A stretch of DNA of 32,847 nucleotides, taken from assembly GCA_027296925.1 (NCBI GenBank), contig JAPUIP010000675.1, positions 1-32,847 on the forward strand, read 5' to 3'. The notes under the pieces are model-generated. The model did not search any database. It was given only the letters and a program-made list of their open reading frames with translations, and was not told where the DNA came from. A program made the position numbers and the translations under genes. This document shows, piece by piece, positions 9,867 to 19,243 of this stretch (position 1 is the stretch's first letter; each line of letters starts with the position of its first letter). Source of the DNA: Candidatus Poribacteria bacterium. GTDB lineage: Bacteria > Poribacteria > WGA-4E > PCPOR2b.

Positions 9867-12800
9867 CTACCGGCGAATACCCATCTTCCAGAAGTGGGTT
9901 TTCGTCACAGTGTTACGCCGTGCGGTTGTGTAGCAGAAGTACACTCCGTTGGCGAGAGGAGTCTGCAAATCGTCCGCGAGATTCCAGCGATAGATGCGAG
10001 CCAATCGATCGGAAATTGCCTGAAATTCGTCATCGTTTATCGTTTTAACAAGCTCGCCTCTGACATTGTAAACCCGCACGGTTAAGATGGCAGGGCTATC
10101 GATTTGACATTCGAGTGTAATTTCGCCAACGGTCGCGGGGTTGGGATAGGTATGCAGGCGCAGGAAGGTCAGTGGTTTGATAGGCGCAGCCAGGAGTTGA
10201 TCAAAACGGAGCGTTTTTACACGCTGTCCCGAATTGCCAGCGAGATCAGTTCCGCGCGCGATGATAACAACTGTATTGCCGATGGGCTTGGGCAAGATGT
10301 GGGTGCCCGTCCATTTCATGACATCGGTCGACTCCAGGCCAACCGGCTGCTGGCTGACAAGTAAAGTTGGATCTGTGCGCAGCTTTTCCGATGCGGTGAT
10401 GGTAATGGTGAGGAAGTCCGGCTGAATCGGATTCGGCAGGGCAAAGACCTGAAAGGTTGGGGGAGTTCGATCCGGCGGCTTCCTGACGATCACTTCAAGT
10501 GAGCCAGTATCGCTATTTCCATTTGGATCGGTTGCCGTCAAGGCAATTAATTCCGAGCCGAGAAAATTTTTCGTCTGGGGTTTGAGGCTCAGCCGGACAA
10601 CCCGCGTGACGAGACCGATTTTGATTAAAATTTTGTCGCTGGCTTTCGCCGTCCAGGCGATCTCTGCATCGGGTGTATCTTCGTCTGTCACAAATTCATC
10701 CAGATGCATCCCCAGTACCTCACCATCCGACAAATAAACCGGCTGGAACGAGACTACCGGGCGTTTCGTCGTAGAAAATGGCGTGCGAACTTCAACGACG
10801 GTTGTGCCTTCTGCCCGGTTTTGCTGCGGGTCCGTGACAGTGAAGGTGATGGTTTCACTGCCGACGAAGTTATCATGCGGGAGAATGTCCACAATATGGG
10901 AAGCCGCATTGATCTCAACCGTCAGATTCAACGTCTCCGATACCGTCCAGGTCAATTGATTCAGCGGCGTGTCCGGATCGGCTACAAATTCATCGAGATC
11001 TAGCTCTCGATCCGGAACGCCATCAATAAAGATCACGTGGGGGAGTTCGGCGATTACCGGCGGTTCGCCGTTCGGATTTGTGGTTTTGACGGTGACACGG
11101 ATGGTTTGACTTCCGCTGAGTCCATCTGCATCTGTCGCTGTAAAGGTGATTTCTTCCGTGCCAACGAAATCGGGGACGGCGGTGAAGGTGACCTGCCGGG
11201 TGTCTGGGGCAATTGACACCTGAATCTGCGCGTTACCGATGAACGCCCACCGAATTTGGTTGATAGGGGTGTCTTCATCGGTGACGTGGTCATCGAGGTC
11301 AATCGAGTTATCGCGTCCCCCTTGCACAAAGCCCACATCCGGAATCCCAGCGACAACGGGTGGTTTTTTGCCCGGCGGTCTCTCGGTCACGGTGACACGA
11401 ATGGTTTGGCTGTCGCTGAGTCCGTCCATATCGGTGGCGGTGAAGGTCGTCTCTTCCGTGCCAACGAAGTCGGTGGCGGTGAACGTGACTCGCCGGGTAT
11501 TGGAATCAATGACTACCTGGATCTGGCTGTTTCCGGCGACTGTCCACTGGATCTGGTCGATGGGCGTATCGGCATCGGTGACGTGGTCATCGAGGTCAAT
11601 TGTGTTATCGCGCTCGCCTTGCACAAAGCTCACAGCCGGGATTCCTGCGACAACCGGAGGGGTTTTGCCCGGCGGTCTTTCGATTACGGTGACGCGGATA
11701 GTTTGGCTATCGCTAAGCCCATCGGTATCGGTCGCGGTAAAAGTGATCTCCTCAGTGCCGAGGAAATCGGCGGTGGCAAACGTGACCCGCCGGGTGGCGG
11801 ACTTAATATTCACATCGATATTGGTATTGCCGGTGGCCTGCCACTGAATCTGATCGATAGGGGTGTCTTCATCGGACACATAGTCATCGAGAAGGATCGA
11901 GCGATCCACCTCGCCTTTCACAAAGTCCACGTTCGGAATGCCAGCGACGACCGGCGGTTTTGGCGGTGGCCTAATCTCTCCGATGACATTGACAGTGTAC
12001 GTCCCGCTTCCAGTATTTCCCTCGGGGTCGGTGGCGGTAAAAGTAAGACGGTGTGTGCCAGCCGACCCGGCTGGCGCGTCAATCGTTACAACGCGCGTCT
12101 CCGGATCTATGACCACACCGAGTGGCGCGACTTCGCCCACACTCCACGTGATTTCTTCGTCTGGCGTATCGCCATCCTCGACATGCTCATCCAGATCTAG
12201 GGCCCCATCCTGGTCCCCTTCATCGAGGGTCAGTTCTCCAGCGAGGGACACCACGGGGCGGAAGACGGCTGTTACGGCTGTATCTGCGCTCGCAGACAGT
12301 CCCGCTTTATTGGTGGCTGTGAACGTCACAGTCTCTATCCCACCCGGCCAATTCGGTTGAGGCGCAAACAGCACGCGGCGATCCGCTTCGATGGTTACCT
12401 GCAAGTGCGTCTCATCAAAGCCGGAAGCTGTCCATTCGATAGCTGAATCCGGCGTTGTCGCGTCCGTTACGAAGTCATCGAGATCGAAGCCTTCGGTGAC
12501 TTCACCGTGACGCACCTGAATCTCCGATGGAAAATCGCGAAGCTCCGGTGGGCTGGGAGCAAGCACGCTGATGTGAACCTGCGTACTCGTACGATTCGAC
12601 TGCGGATCAATTGCCGTGAAGGTGACTTCCTCGGAAACAATCGCCTCGGCAAAGAACGTTGCAATCCGGTCGCTATCGATCGTGATCTGAACCACTTCAT
12701 TACCGCTGAACTCCCATTCAATCTGATCCGGGGTGCTATCGAAATCGAATACATATTCTTTCAGATCTCTTGTTTCTGGTAGTCCAAAATTCAGAACGAT

Positions 12801-14351
12801 CGGCGGAATATCGGCAATCACGGGTGGAGCGCTAGGGTCAATCAAGATTACCTGAATTTTATCTGCGCTCGCCTGGCGGTCCGGGTTCGTCGCCATGAAG
12901 GTAACCGATTCCCTCCCTGTCCAACCGCCCTCGCTACGGAAGGTAACCTGATGCGTTTCTGGATCGATGCCGACCTGTACCTCAACATTGCCTTTCGTCG
13001 TCCAGGTCAGATCCGCCGGCTCGAAGTTAAAATCGAACACGAAGTCATCCAGATCAAACACCGGTGGCCGCATCAGCACGCCGTCGTTCGTGGCGATGAC
13101 ATTGGCAAAAGGGAAAAGGATTGTGAGCGTGGAGAAGTCAATCATCGGCCCATCAAAAGTGGGCGCGATGTCGATCGCCAGTTCAGACACATCGCTGTTA
13201 CCATCGGCATCCGTCGCTCTCAGTTCAACGGTCGTTCGTGCCGGCGTTTGTGCTGCCGCAATGAATAGTATGGTCTGGTCTTCGCGGCGGATGACTTCGA
13301 CGCCGGCGAATGGCGTGCCCCGAGTGATTACCCACTGAATCTCAGAAGCGGGTGAATCCAAGTCCGAAACAAATCCGTTCAGATTGACCTCGCGGGTTTC
13401 ATTAACCCGCAAAAATATCGGACCCTCGGATCGGATAATCGGTGGCGAAACCACTTGAACTTCGAGTCTCCGACTTGTTGCGTTGCCCTCCGGATCGCGA
13501 GCGGTAAATGTAATGGTCTCTTTGCCGATCCAGTCCTCCACAGCACGAAAGGCGACGATATGGGTCGTCGGGTTGATGTTCACAATGACATTTGCATTTC
13601 CCGAGGCCTCCCAACTGAGTTGTTCCGGTGTATTGTTTGTATCTTGAACATGGAGATCCAGATCCAGCGACTCATGAACTTTTCCCACCGGAAATCGAAT
13701 AATCCTGGGAAAAGTATCGAGAATAACCGGGCCGCCAACGACTGAAATCGTCGCCGGAGTCATGTTGACGAACGGCCGGGGTGGGAGCGACCCAATTTTT
13801 ACTTCAGTGACGCGAGATTGAGACTTGTCATTGTCAAATGTGATCTGTGTGAAACCGGTCGTTTTAATCGCGCGAAAACGCATCAGCCCAACCACGCCAG
13901 GTGCCTTCAGCCCCGGCTCGACACCTTGAATGAGCCCTTGCGCGAAATCAATCTGGAATTTTCGGAAGAAGCGATTGCCGGGGTCTCCGTGTGTATCACT
14001 TTCAAAGATGTTCCACCCATCCGGCACCGCATCCCCCCTACCAACCGGCTGAACGCCACGGAGACTAAAATTTGCGTCAACCAGTTCGAGGAATTGCGAT
14101 TGTTGGTTTTGAAATGGAACGTTTTCGGTTGTGTCCACACCATCGAATGACAGGTAGATCGACACTGCGGTGACATTCTGGCCTTGCGGATCGACGAAGA
14201 TTTCCACCTCAAATTCATCGTTCAGGCTGACCGAAAATTTACTGGCTTTCGTTGCCGCGCTTCGCAGCACAACCGTAGCTGCGTCAGCTTGATTCAGCCA
14301 GATGATAACGAAAAGACATGCAAACGCAATGTACCGGGGCACTCTCGACAT
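9867..14351 (-). CDS. Large secreted protein: N-terminal cohesin-like domain, 11 cadherin/tandem-95-like Ig repeats, one further Ig-like domain and a FlgD-Ig/T9SS-like C-terminal domain
   Basis: Signal peptide (MSRVPRYIAFACLFVIIWLNQADA); cohesin-like NDEFEVEIFVD...AVSIYLSFD; 11 units of about 100 aa with P-x-I...DLDDxVxDxD...W...E-x-ITFTATDxxG; C-terminal YPNP...RVYNVRGELVK...W...LANGVYF. Confidence 0.88.
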   Translation of the reverse strand: MSRVPRYIAFACLFVIIWLNQADAATVVLRSAATKASKFSVSLNDEFEVEIFVDPQGQNVTAVSIYLSFDGVDTTENVPFQNQQSQFLELVDANFSLRGVQPVGRGDAVPDGWNIFESDTHGDPGNRFFRKFQIDFAQGLIQGVEPGLKAPGVVGLMRFRAIKTTGFTQITFDNDKSQSRVTEVKIGSLPPRPFVNMTPATISVVGGPVILDTFPRIIRFPVGKVHESLDLDLHVQDTNNTPEQLSWEASGNANVIVNINPTTHIVAFRAVEDWIGKETITFTARDPEGNATSRRLEVQVVSPPIIRSEGPIFLRVNETREVNLNGFVSDLDSPASEIQWVITRGTPFAGVEVIRREDQTILFIAAAQTPARTTVELRATDADGNSDVSELAIDIAPTFDGPMIDFSTLTILFPFANVIATNDGVLMRPPVFDLDDFVFDFNFEPADLTWTTKGNVEVQVGIDPETHQVTFRSEGGWTGRESVTFMATNPDRQASADKIQVILIDPSAPPVIADIPPIVLNFGLPETRDLKEYVFDFDSTPDQIEWEFSGNEVVQITIDSDRIATFFAEAIVSEEVTFTAIDPQSNRTSTQVHISVLAPSPPELRDFPSEIQVRHGEVTEGFDLDDFVTDATTPDSAIEWTASGFDETHLQVTIEADRRVLFAPQPNWPGGIETVTFTATNKAGLSASADTAVTAVFRPVVSLAGELTLDEGDQDGALDLDEHVEDGDTPDEEITWSVGEVAPLGVVIDPETRVVTIDAPAGSAGTHRLTFTATDPEGNTGSGTYTVNVIGEIRPPPKPPVVAGIPNVDFVKGEVDRSILLDDYVSDEDTPIDQIQWQATGNTNIDVNIKSATRRVTFATADFLGTEEITFTATDTDGLSDSQTIRVTVIERPPGKTPPVVAGIPAVSFVQGERDNTIDLDDHVTDADTPIDQIQWTVAGNSQIQVVIDSNTRRVTFTATDFVGTEETTFTATDMDGLSDSQTIRVTVTERPPGKKPPVVAGIPDVGFVQGGRDNSIDLDDHVTDEDTPINQIRWAFIGNAQIQVSIAPDTRQVTFTAVPDFVGTEEITFTATDADGLSGSQTIRVTVKTTNPNGEPPVIAELPHVIFIDGVPDRELDLDEFVADPDTPLNQLTWTVSETLNLTVEINAASHIVDILPHDNFVGSETITFTVTDPQQNRAEGTTVVEVRTPFSTTKRPVVSFQPVYLSDGEVLGMHLDEFVTDEDTPDAEIAWTAKASDKILIKIGLVTRVVRLSLKPQTKNFLGSELIALTATDPNGNSDTGSLEVIVRKPPDRTPPTFQVFALPNPIQPDFLTITITASEKLRTDPTLLVSQQPVGLESTDVMKWTGTHILPKPIGNTVVIIARGTDLAGNSGQRVKTLRFDQLLAAPIKPLTFLRLHTYPNPATVGEITLECQIDSPAILTVRVYNVRGELVKTINDDEFQAISDRLARIYRWNLADDLQTPLANGVYFCYTTARRNTVTKTHFWKMGIRR
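11064..11957 (-). repeat. Three highly similar ~297-bp intragenic tandem repeats (cadherin-like units 7-9)
   Basis: PPVVAGIP...DTPIxQIxW...GTEExTFTATDxDGLSxSQTIRVTV occurs three times, with unit starts near 11957, 11660 and 11363. Confidence 0.85.
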
Positions 14352-14426
14352 TCTCCTTCATGCTGACCCAATTTTGCAGGACCCTTGAAAAATCAGAAAG
14401 ATGATTTACACGCGGCTCCCCCGTGC

Positions 14427-14450
14427 TTTGCCAAGTATCATGTTGGCAAA
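14427..14450. promoter_or_regulatory. Palindromic operator candidate TTTGCCAA-N8-TTGGCAAA between divergent genes
   Basis: Perfect 8-bp inverted repeat in the gap between the 1494-aa gene and the CPBP gene. Confidence 0.45.
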
Positions 14451-14542
14451 TTAGAAACTTGAGAAACCTTTCCCACATGTGCCTATGCCGGAAACTCTTT
14501 CTCTTCGTCAGGCAGAATTGCACAACAACGGCTCAACTGCTG

Positions 14543-14571
14543 TTGAAAGCCTCCGCGAGATGTGCTATACT
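14543..14571 (+). promoter_or_regulatory. Sigma70-type promoter for the CPBP-nnr unit
   Basis: TTGAAA-17 bp-TATACT with an extended -10 TG, about 50 bp upstream of the GTG at 14620. Confidence 0.65.
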
Positions 14572-14619
14572 AACCGCGTATCTGACGAATCGGGTGCGAT
14601 CGAAAAGCGAGGAAAGCCT

Positions 14620-15348
14620 GTGCTAGATTGGCTCCAGGAACAGAAAAGGAAGTATCTACATGGATGGGATCGGCGCCCCACAATCATTTTGCTCGGTTCG
14701 TCTGTGCTGCTGACGGTGCATCGGTTTGGCAGCCGAAGAAAATTCTTCCATACATATTTGGCGAAATACTTCGTCAATTACCCACTCCGGAAGATCTTTC
14801 CATATTACTACTGGTTCTGGACAAGTGCAATCACACTCATCCTGTTGCCGGCCCTTGTTGTGAAATTTGGTGTCAGGGATCAGATTCGTGATTACGGCTT
14901 CCGCTTGACGCATGGAAAGCTGGGATGGGGATTTGTCCTTGGGGGGTGGATACTCATGAGCCCTCTGATGCTTCTGGCGTTACAGCTTTTTCCCGCGTTC
15001 CAGCATAAATATCCACTTAGCAAAGTTGCTGCCACCAGTTGGCAGGTTTTTATTCTGTATCAGATTTCTTATGGAATCTATATGTTGTCCTGGGAGTTCT
15101 TCTTTCGGGGCTTTATGCTTTTCGGACTGGAGAAGCCGTTTGGCAACTATAGCATCCTCATTCAAACCATTCCGTTCGCTCTGATGCACTACAGCAAACC
15201 ATTTGTGGAAGCGACGGGGTCGATCGCCGGCGGGATACTGCTGGGCATTGTCGCCCTTGAGACACGGTCCTTTATCTATGGCGCAGTGATTCACTGGCTG
15301 GTCGCCCTGACGATGGATGTTTTGGCAATCATGTGGCGCTCTGGATAA
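14620..15348 (+). CDS. CPBP family intramembrane glutamic endopeptidase (type II CAAX protease/Abi)
   Basis: Multi-TM protein with WEFFFRG, FALMH and a downstream HW motif. Start moved to GTG 14620 (GAGG upstream) because the longer ORF contains the promoter. Confidence 0.85.
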   Translation: MLDWLQEQKRKYLHGWDRRPTIILLGSSVLLTVHRFGSRRKFFHTYLAKYFVNYPLRKIFPYYYWFWTSAITLILLPALVVKFGVRDQIRDYGFRLTHGKLGWGFVLGGWILMSPLMLLALQLFPAFQHKYPLSKVAATSWQVFILYQISYGIYMLSWEFFFRGFMLFGLEKPFGNYSILIQTIPFALMHYSKPFVEATGSIAGGILLGIVALETRSFIYGAVIHWLVALTMDVLAIMWRSG

Positions 15349-15369
15349 GCACCGAATTTGGGGGGAATG

Positions 15370-16932
15370 ATGAAAGTTGTTACAGCACAACAGATGCGTC
15401 AAATCGATCAACACACCATCGAGGACATCGGCATCGCCGGCGTCGTACTGATGGAGAACGCGGGAAGTGCGGTCGTCCGAGCCATCCGCAGGCGTTTTCC
15501 TGACTGTCAACACGTTGGCGTTGTTGTCGGCAAGGGAAACAATGGCGGCGATGGATTGGTCATTGCTAGACAACTTGCGCTCACGGGACAGTCTGTTCAG
15601 GTCTTCCTCGTTTCTCCGCCGGATCGTTTTACTGGCGACGCTTTAACCAATCTGCAAATTGCGCAAAACCTCAATCTCCCCATCGTGCAGATCTTGTCAG
15701 AATCCGATCTCGAGCGGTTGAAAAGCCAGATTGTGTCATGTGATCTGATTATCGATGCAATCTTTGGCACCGGTTTGCGTGGCGCGGTGCGCGGGTACAT
15801 TGGTGACGTCATTGAATGCCTCAACGACACCACGTGTCCGATTGTAGCGGTCGATCTCCCCTCTGGGCTGGAAGCTGACACCGGTATGGCAGAAGGAGCG
15901 TGTATTCAATCCACCTACACCGTCACCATGGGGCTTCCCAAGCGAGGGTTGCTCATCCATCCGGGGGCGGCACTGACAGGACAACTCGAAGTTGCCGAGA
16001 TCGGTTTTCCACCGAGCGTCATCGATGCCCAAGATATCCAGGTAAACTGGACACAGCCGGCGGATGCAGCGCGATGGCTGCCACCGCGTTATACGTACTC
16101 CCATAAAGGCACGTATGGGCGCGTTTTTGTCGTGGCGGGGTCAACCGGAATGACGGGAGCAGCGGCTTTAGCCAGCGAAGCCGCCCTGCGTGTAGGGGCG
16201 GGGCTGGTCACGCTTGGTACCCCGAAAAGCCTCAATGCCATCCTGGAGATTAAGCTGACCGAGGTGACGACATTGCCCTTACCCGAAACGGCGGAAGGCT
16301 CATTGGCGTTGGACGCAAAATCGGGGATTCTTGAATTTATCGAGCGAACGTCGTCCATCCTCGCGATTGGTCCCGGACTTTCACAGCATCCGGAGACGGT
16401 CGAACTCATCCACAGCTTTCTCCGCGAAAATGACTGTCCAATGGTGATTGATGCGGATGGGTTGAACGCGCTCTCACAATCGAAAGAGCTCCTTCCGTCG
16501 CTGCCGCCCCAAACCGTGCTCACGCCCCATCCGGGTGAAATGACGCGACTCATCGGCGGGACGACCGCCGAAGTGGAACGCGATCGGATCGGGGTTGCCC
16601 AGCGGTTCGCCCAGGAATATGGCGTCATGCTTGTCCTCAAAGGTGCGCCGACCGTGATTGCGGGTGGGAATGGAGAGGTATGGATTAACTCAACCGGAAA
16701 CCCTGGCATGGCAACCGGCGGCATGGGCGACGTACTGACGGGCATGATTGCGGGTCTGATGGCGCAGGAGATGCCGAGTTATGAAGCCGCCGTTCTAGGT
16801 GTATACCTTCACGGACTTGCCGGGGACATCGCCGCTGAATCCGTCGGGCAGCATGGGCTGATGGCGGGAGATGTGCTGGATGCCGTCCCGGAAGCAATTG
16901 AAACGTGCGGTCGGAAACGGGATACGAGATAG
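15370..16932 (+). CDS. nnr: Bifunctional NAD(P)H-hydrate epimerase/dehydratase (YjeF/Nnr)
   Basis: GKGNNGGDG and DAIFGTG (YjeF_N); HKGTYG, GPGL, DADGLN, TPHPGE and GGMGDVL (carbohydrate-kinase-like dehydratase domain). Confidence 0.95.
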   Translation: MKVVTAQQMRQIDQHTIEDIGIAGVVLMENAGSAVVRAIRRRFPDCQHVGVVVGKGNNGGDGLVIARQLALTGQSVQVFLVSPPDRFTGDALTNLQIAQNLNLPIVQILSESDLERLKSQIVSCDLIIDAIFGTGLRGAVRGYIGDVIECLNDTTCPIVAVDLPSGLEADTGMAEGACIQSTYTVTMGLPKRGLLIHPGAALTGQLEVAEIGFPPSVIDAQDIQVNWTQPADAARWLPPRYTYSHKGTYGRVFVVAGSTGMTGAAALASEAALRVGAGLVTLGTPKSLNAILEIKLTEVTTLPLPETAEGSLALDAKSGILEFIERTSSILAIGPGLSQHPETVELIHSFLRENDCPMVIDADGLNALSQSKELLPSLPPQTVLTPHPGEMTRLIGGTTAEVERDRIGVAQRFAQEYGVMLVLKGAPTVIAGGNGEVWINSTGNPGMATGGMGDVLTGMIAGLMAQEMPSYEAAVLGVYLHGLAGDIAAESVGQHGLMAGDVLDAVPEAIETCGRKRDTR

Positions 16933-17010
16933 AACATACTCTGAATGGCACTTTTTCGATTTCACAACAGCCTGGCACATGATGATTACCCAATGAGGGG
17001 GATTCGCCCG

Positions 17011-17247
17011 ATGTCAATCAAACAACAGATCACTCAAGAACTGGACGGTTTAAAAGAAGCAGAGCTCATAAAGGTCGCCAAATACGTGGCGTTTCTAAAA
17101 CTTCGGCATCGAGCCAAGACTATGCCATCGGTTGACGAAAAACAGTTAGCTACCCTCTACGCTGAATTTGCTGAAGAAGATGTTGCCCTTGCTGAAGGAG
17201 GAATGGTGCATTACGCTGAAGCGCTGGCTAAAGAGGATACGCAATGA
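17011..17247 (+). CDS. Small hypothetical protein, antitoxin-like (DUF2281-like N-terminus, acidic C-terminus)
   Basis: 78 aa from ATG 17011 with GAGGGG upstream; MSIKQQITQELDGLKEAELIKVAKYVAFLK helical hairpin; EFAEEDVALAE acidic tail; stop overlaps the next ATG (ATGA). Confidence 0.6.
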   Translation: MSIKQQITQELDGLKEAELIKVAKYVAFLKLRHRAKTMPSVDEKQLATLYAEFAEEDVALAEGGMVHYAEALAKEDTQ

Positions 17248-17285
17248 CTGTCAAACGAGGCGAAATTGGGTTGCGCAAAATGTGA
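17244..17285 (+). pseudogene. Probable 5' stub of a PemK/MazF toxin gene
   Basis: ATGA-coupled 13-residue ORF MTVKRGEIGLRKM* with SD AAGAGGA; KRGEI matches the usual MazF/PemK N-terminus. Confidence 0.5.
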
Positions 17286-17338
17286 ACCTATGAATCCCAT
17301 GTATTGCAGTTTACCCCCTCTCAAGAAAGGACAAACTT

Positions 17339-18286
17339 ATGAAAATCTTGACCTCGCGTTTGAGCGAGGAACAACTGGATGTCGTCCGCGAAATCGCTCC
17401 AAATGCCAATCTCGTTTCCGTAACAACACCTGAGGATGTGCTACGAGAAATCGAAGACACGGATGTCCTTTTTGGTACCAGAACGACGCCTGAAATGATT
17501 GGGCGTGCCAAAAGCCTCCGTTGGATTCAGGTCGGCGGTGTTGGTGTTGAGGGGATGATGTTCCCCGAATTGGTCAACAGCGATATTATATTGACAAACG
17601 GGCGCGGCACAACCGCAATCAACATCGCTGAGCATGTGATAGGGCTGATCCTCACCTTTACGCGAACAATTAATATCAACATCAAACGTCAGATGGAGAA
17701 GGTGTGGGAAAGCCGCGCGAATCTCCCGGTCATCGAAATTGCCGGGGAAACGATTGGCATCCTCGGTTTGGGAAGTATCGGTCTACAGGTCGCCAAACGC
17801 GCGAATGCTTTCGATATGCGCATCCTCTCTGTCGATCCGACACAGACAGAGAAACCGGATTACGTCGAATCGCTCTGGAAAGTGGATCGCCTCCACGATA
17901 TGTTACGACAATCCGATTTTGTCGCTATCTGTTGCCCGCTGACGCTGCAGACTGAGGGCATCATGGGTGCCGATGAATTCCGCGTGATGAAGTCAACGGC
18001 ATTCGTGATCAACATCGCCAGAGGTCGGATCGTCGATCAAGCCGCATTGGTTGAAGCCTTGCGCGCGAAAGAGATCGCCGGCGCTGGGCTGGATGCCACG
18101 CATCCGGAACCGCTTCCACAGGATAACCCGCTGTGGGAGATGGATAACGTGATCATCACGCCACATCACGCCGGTCAATCCCCAAAAGCACCGAGACGTG
18201 TCTTTGAGCTTTTCTGTGAGAATCTCAAGCGTTTTGTGGCGGGCGAGCCGCTGATTAACCTGGTGGATAAAACAAGAGGGTACTAA
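17339..18286 (+). CDS. D-2-hydroxyacid dehydrogenase family protein
   Basis: GLGSIG Rossmann motif, INIARG, AGLDA..EPL, ITPH. Confidence 0.92.
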   Translation: MKILTSRLSEEQLDVVREIAPNANLVSVTTPEDVLREIEDTDVLFGTRTTPEMIGRAKSLRWIQVGGVGVEGMMFPELVNSDIILTNGRGTTAINIAEHVIGLILTFTRTININIKRQMEKVWESRANLPVIEIAGETIGILGLGSIGLQVAKRANAFDMRILSVDPTQTEKPDYVESLWKVDRLHDMLRQSDFVAICCPLTLQTEGIMGADEFRVMKSTAFVINIARGRIVDQAALVEALRAKEIAGAGLDATHPEPLPQDNPLWEMDNVIITPHHAGQSPKAPRRVFELFCENLKRFVAGEPLINLVDKTRGY

Positions 18287-18360
18287 AATACATCCTGTAT
18301 CATACCCGACCTACGTTAATTCAGAACAATTCTAGAAAAACCAATGATCAGGAGGATCTT

Positions 18361-19143
18361 ATGGACCTTGCATTAACAGGAAAGGTCGCCGTCATCACCG
18401 GCGGCAGTGAAGGTATTGGTAAGGGAATCGCCCTGCGGCTATCCGAAGAAGGGGTAAAGGTCGCCATCTGTGCGCGACGCGATGACGTATTGCAGCAGGC
18501 GGCACAGGAAATTCGTGACAAGACCGGCAACGATGTGCTTGCCGTCTCCGCTGATGTGACGAAAGCGGAAACGCTCGAAAACTTCATCAACCAAACCGCT
18601 GAACGCTTCGGCCGGATCGATATTCTGATCAACAACGCGGGACGTTCCGCGGGTGGGAATTTTGAATCGCTAACGGATGAGGCGTGGTATGAAGACCTCG
18701 ACCTCAAGCTGATGGGAGCGGTGCGCTGTTCGCGGTTAGCAATCCCACACATGCGCGCCGGCGGCGGTGGCCGTATCATCAATATCACCCACCCGGGTGG
18801 CAAACAGCCGGGCGCAGGCTCCTGTCCAACCTCCGTCAGCCGAGCGGCGGGAATCGCTATGACCAAAGCCCTTTCCAAAGAACTACTCCCCGACAAGATT
18901 CTTGTCAACACGGTTTGCCTGACCTCAATCAAGAGCGCGCAAGGTGAACGTGCCTGGAAAGCGGAAGGTTCTCCCGGCACGCTTGAGGAGTATTGGGAGG
19001 CGCGTGGAGGCGAGCACCCACTTGGGCGTTTGGGTGAACCCACCGAAGTCGGAGATCTCGTTGCATTCCTCGTTTCGGATCGCGCGTCGTACATTACGGG
19101 GACTGCGATCAACATCGATGGGGGATTGTCGGCGGTTGTCTAA
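18361..19143 (+). CDS. SDR family oxidoreductase (atypical active site)
   Basis: TGGSEGIG, NNAG and YITG...IDGG; the YxxxK position reads TSVSR; SD AGGAGG. Confidence 0.92.
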   Translation: MDLALTGKVAVITGGSEGIGKGIALRLSEEGVKVAICARRDDVLQQAAQEIRDKTGNDVLAVSADVTKAETLENFINQTAERFGRIDILINNAGRSAGGNFESLTDEAWYEDLDLKLMGAVRCSRLAIPHMRAGGGGRIINITHPGGKQPGAGSCPTSVSRAAGIAMTKALSKELLPDKILVNTVCLTSIKSAQGERAWKAEGSPGTLEEYWEARGGEHPLGRLGEPTEVGDLVAFLVSDRASYITGTAINIDGGLSAVV

Positions 19144-19176
19144 ACCTGAAATGCAGTTTTGAAATTACAGCAATAG

Positions 19177-19215
19177 AAAAGGGATGGTTCAAAATGGGCC
19201 ATCCCAATTTTTTTT
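19177..19215. terminator. Intrinsic terminator between convergent genes
   Basis: Stem gggatggttc/gggccatccc (with G-U pairs), A4 before it and a T8 tract after it. Confidence 0.65.
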
Positions 19216-19243
19216 GACACAACATCTTCCACATCATTGCTGT

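Noticed and set aside
477-14366. Many plus-strand ORFs of 60-314 aa opposite the two giant genes
   Set aside because: Antisense shadows of repetitive, codon-biased genes; no recognisable domains.
14620-15348. CPBP protease as a dedicated sorting enzyme for the adjacent surface proteins
   Set aside because: Those proteins end in a soluble CTD, not a TM sorting signal, and the protease is co-oriented with housekeeping nnr.
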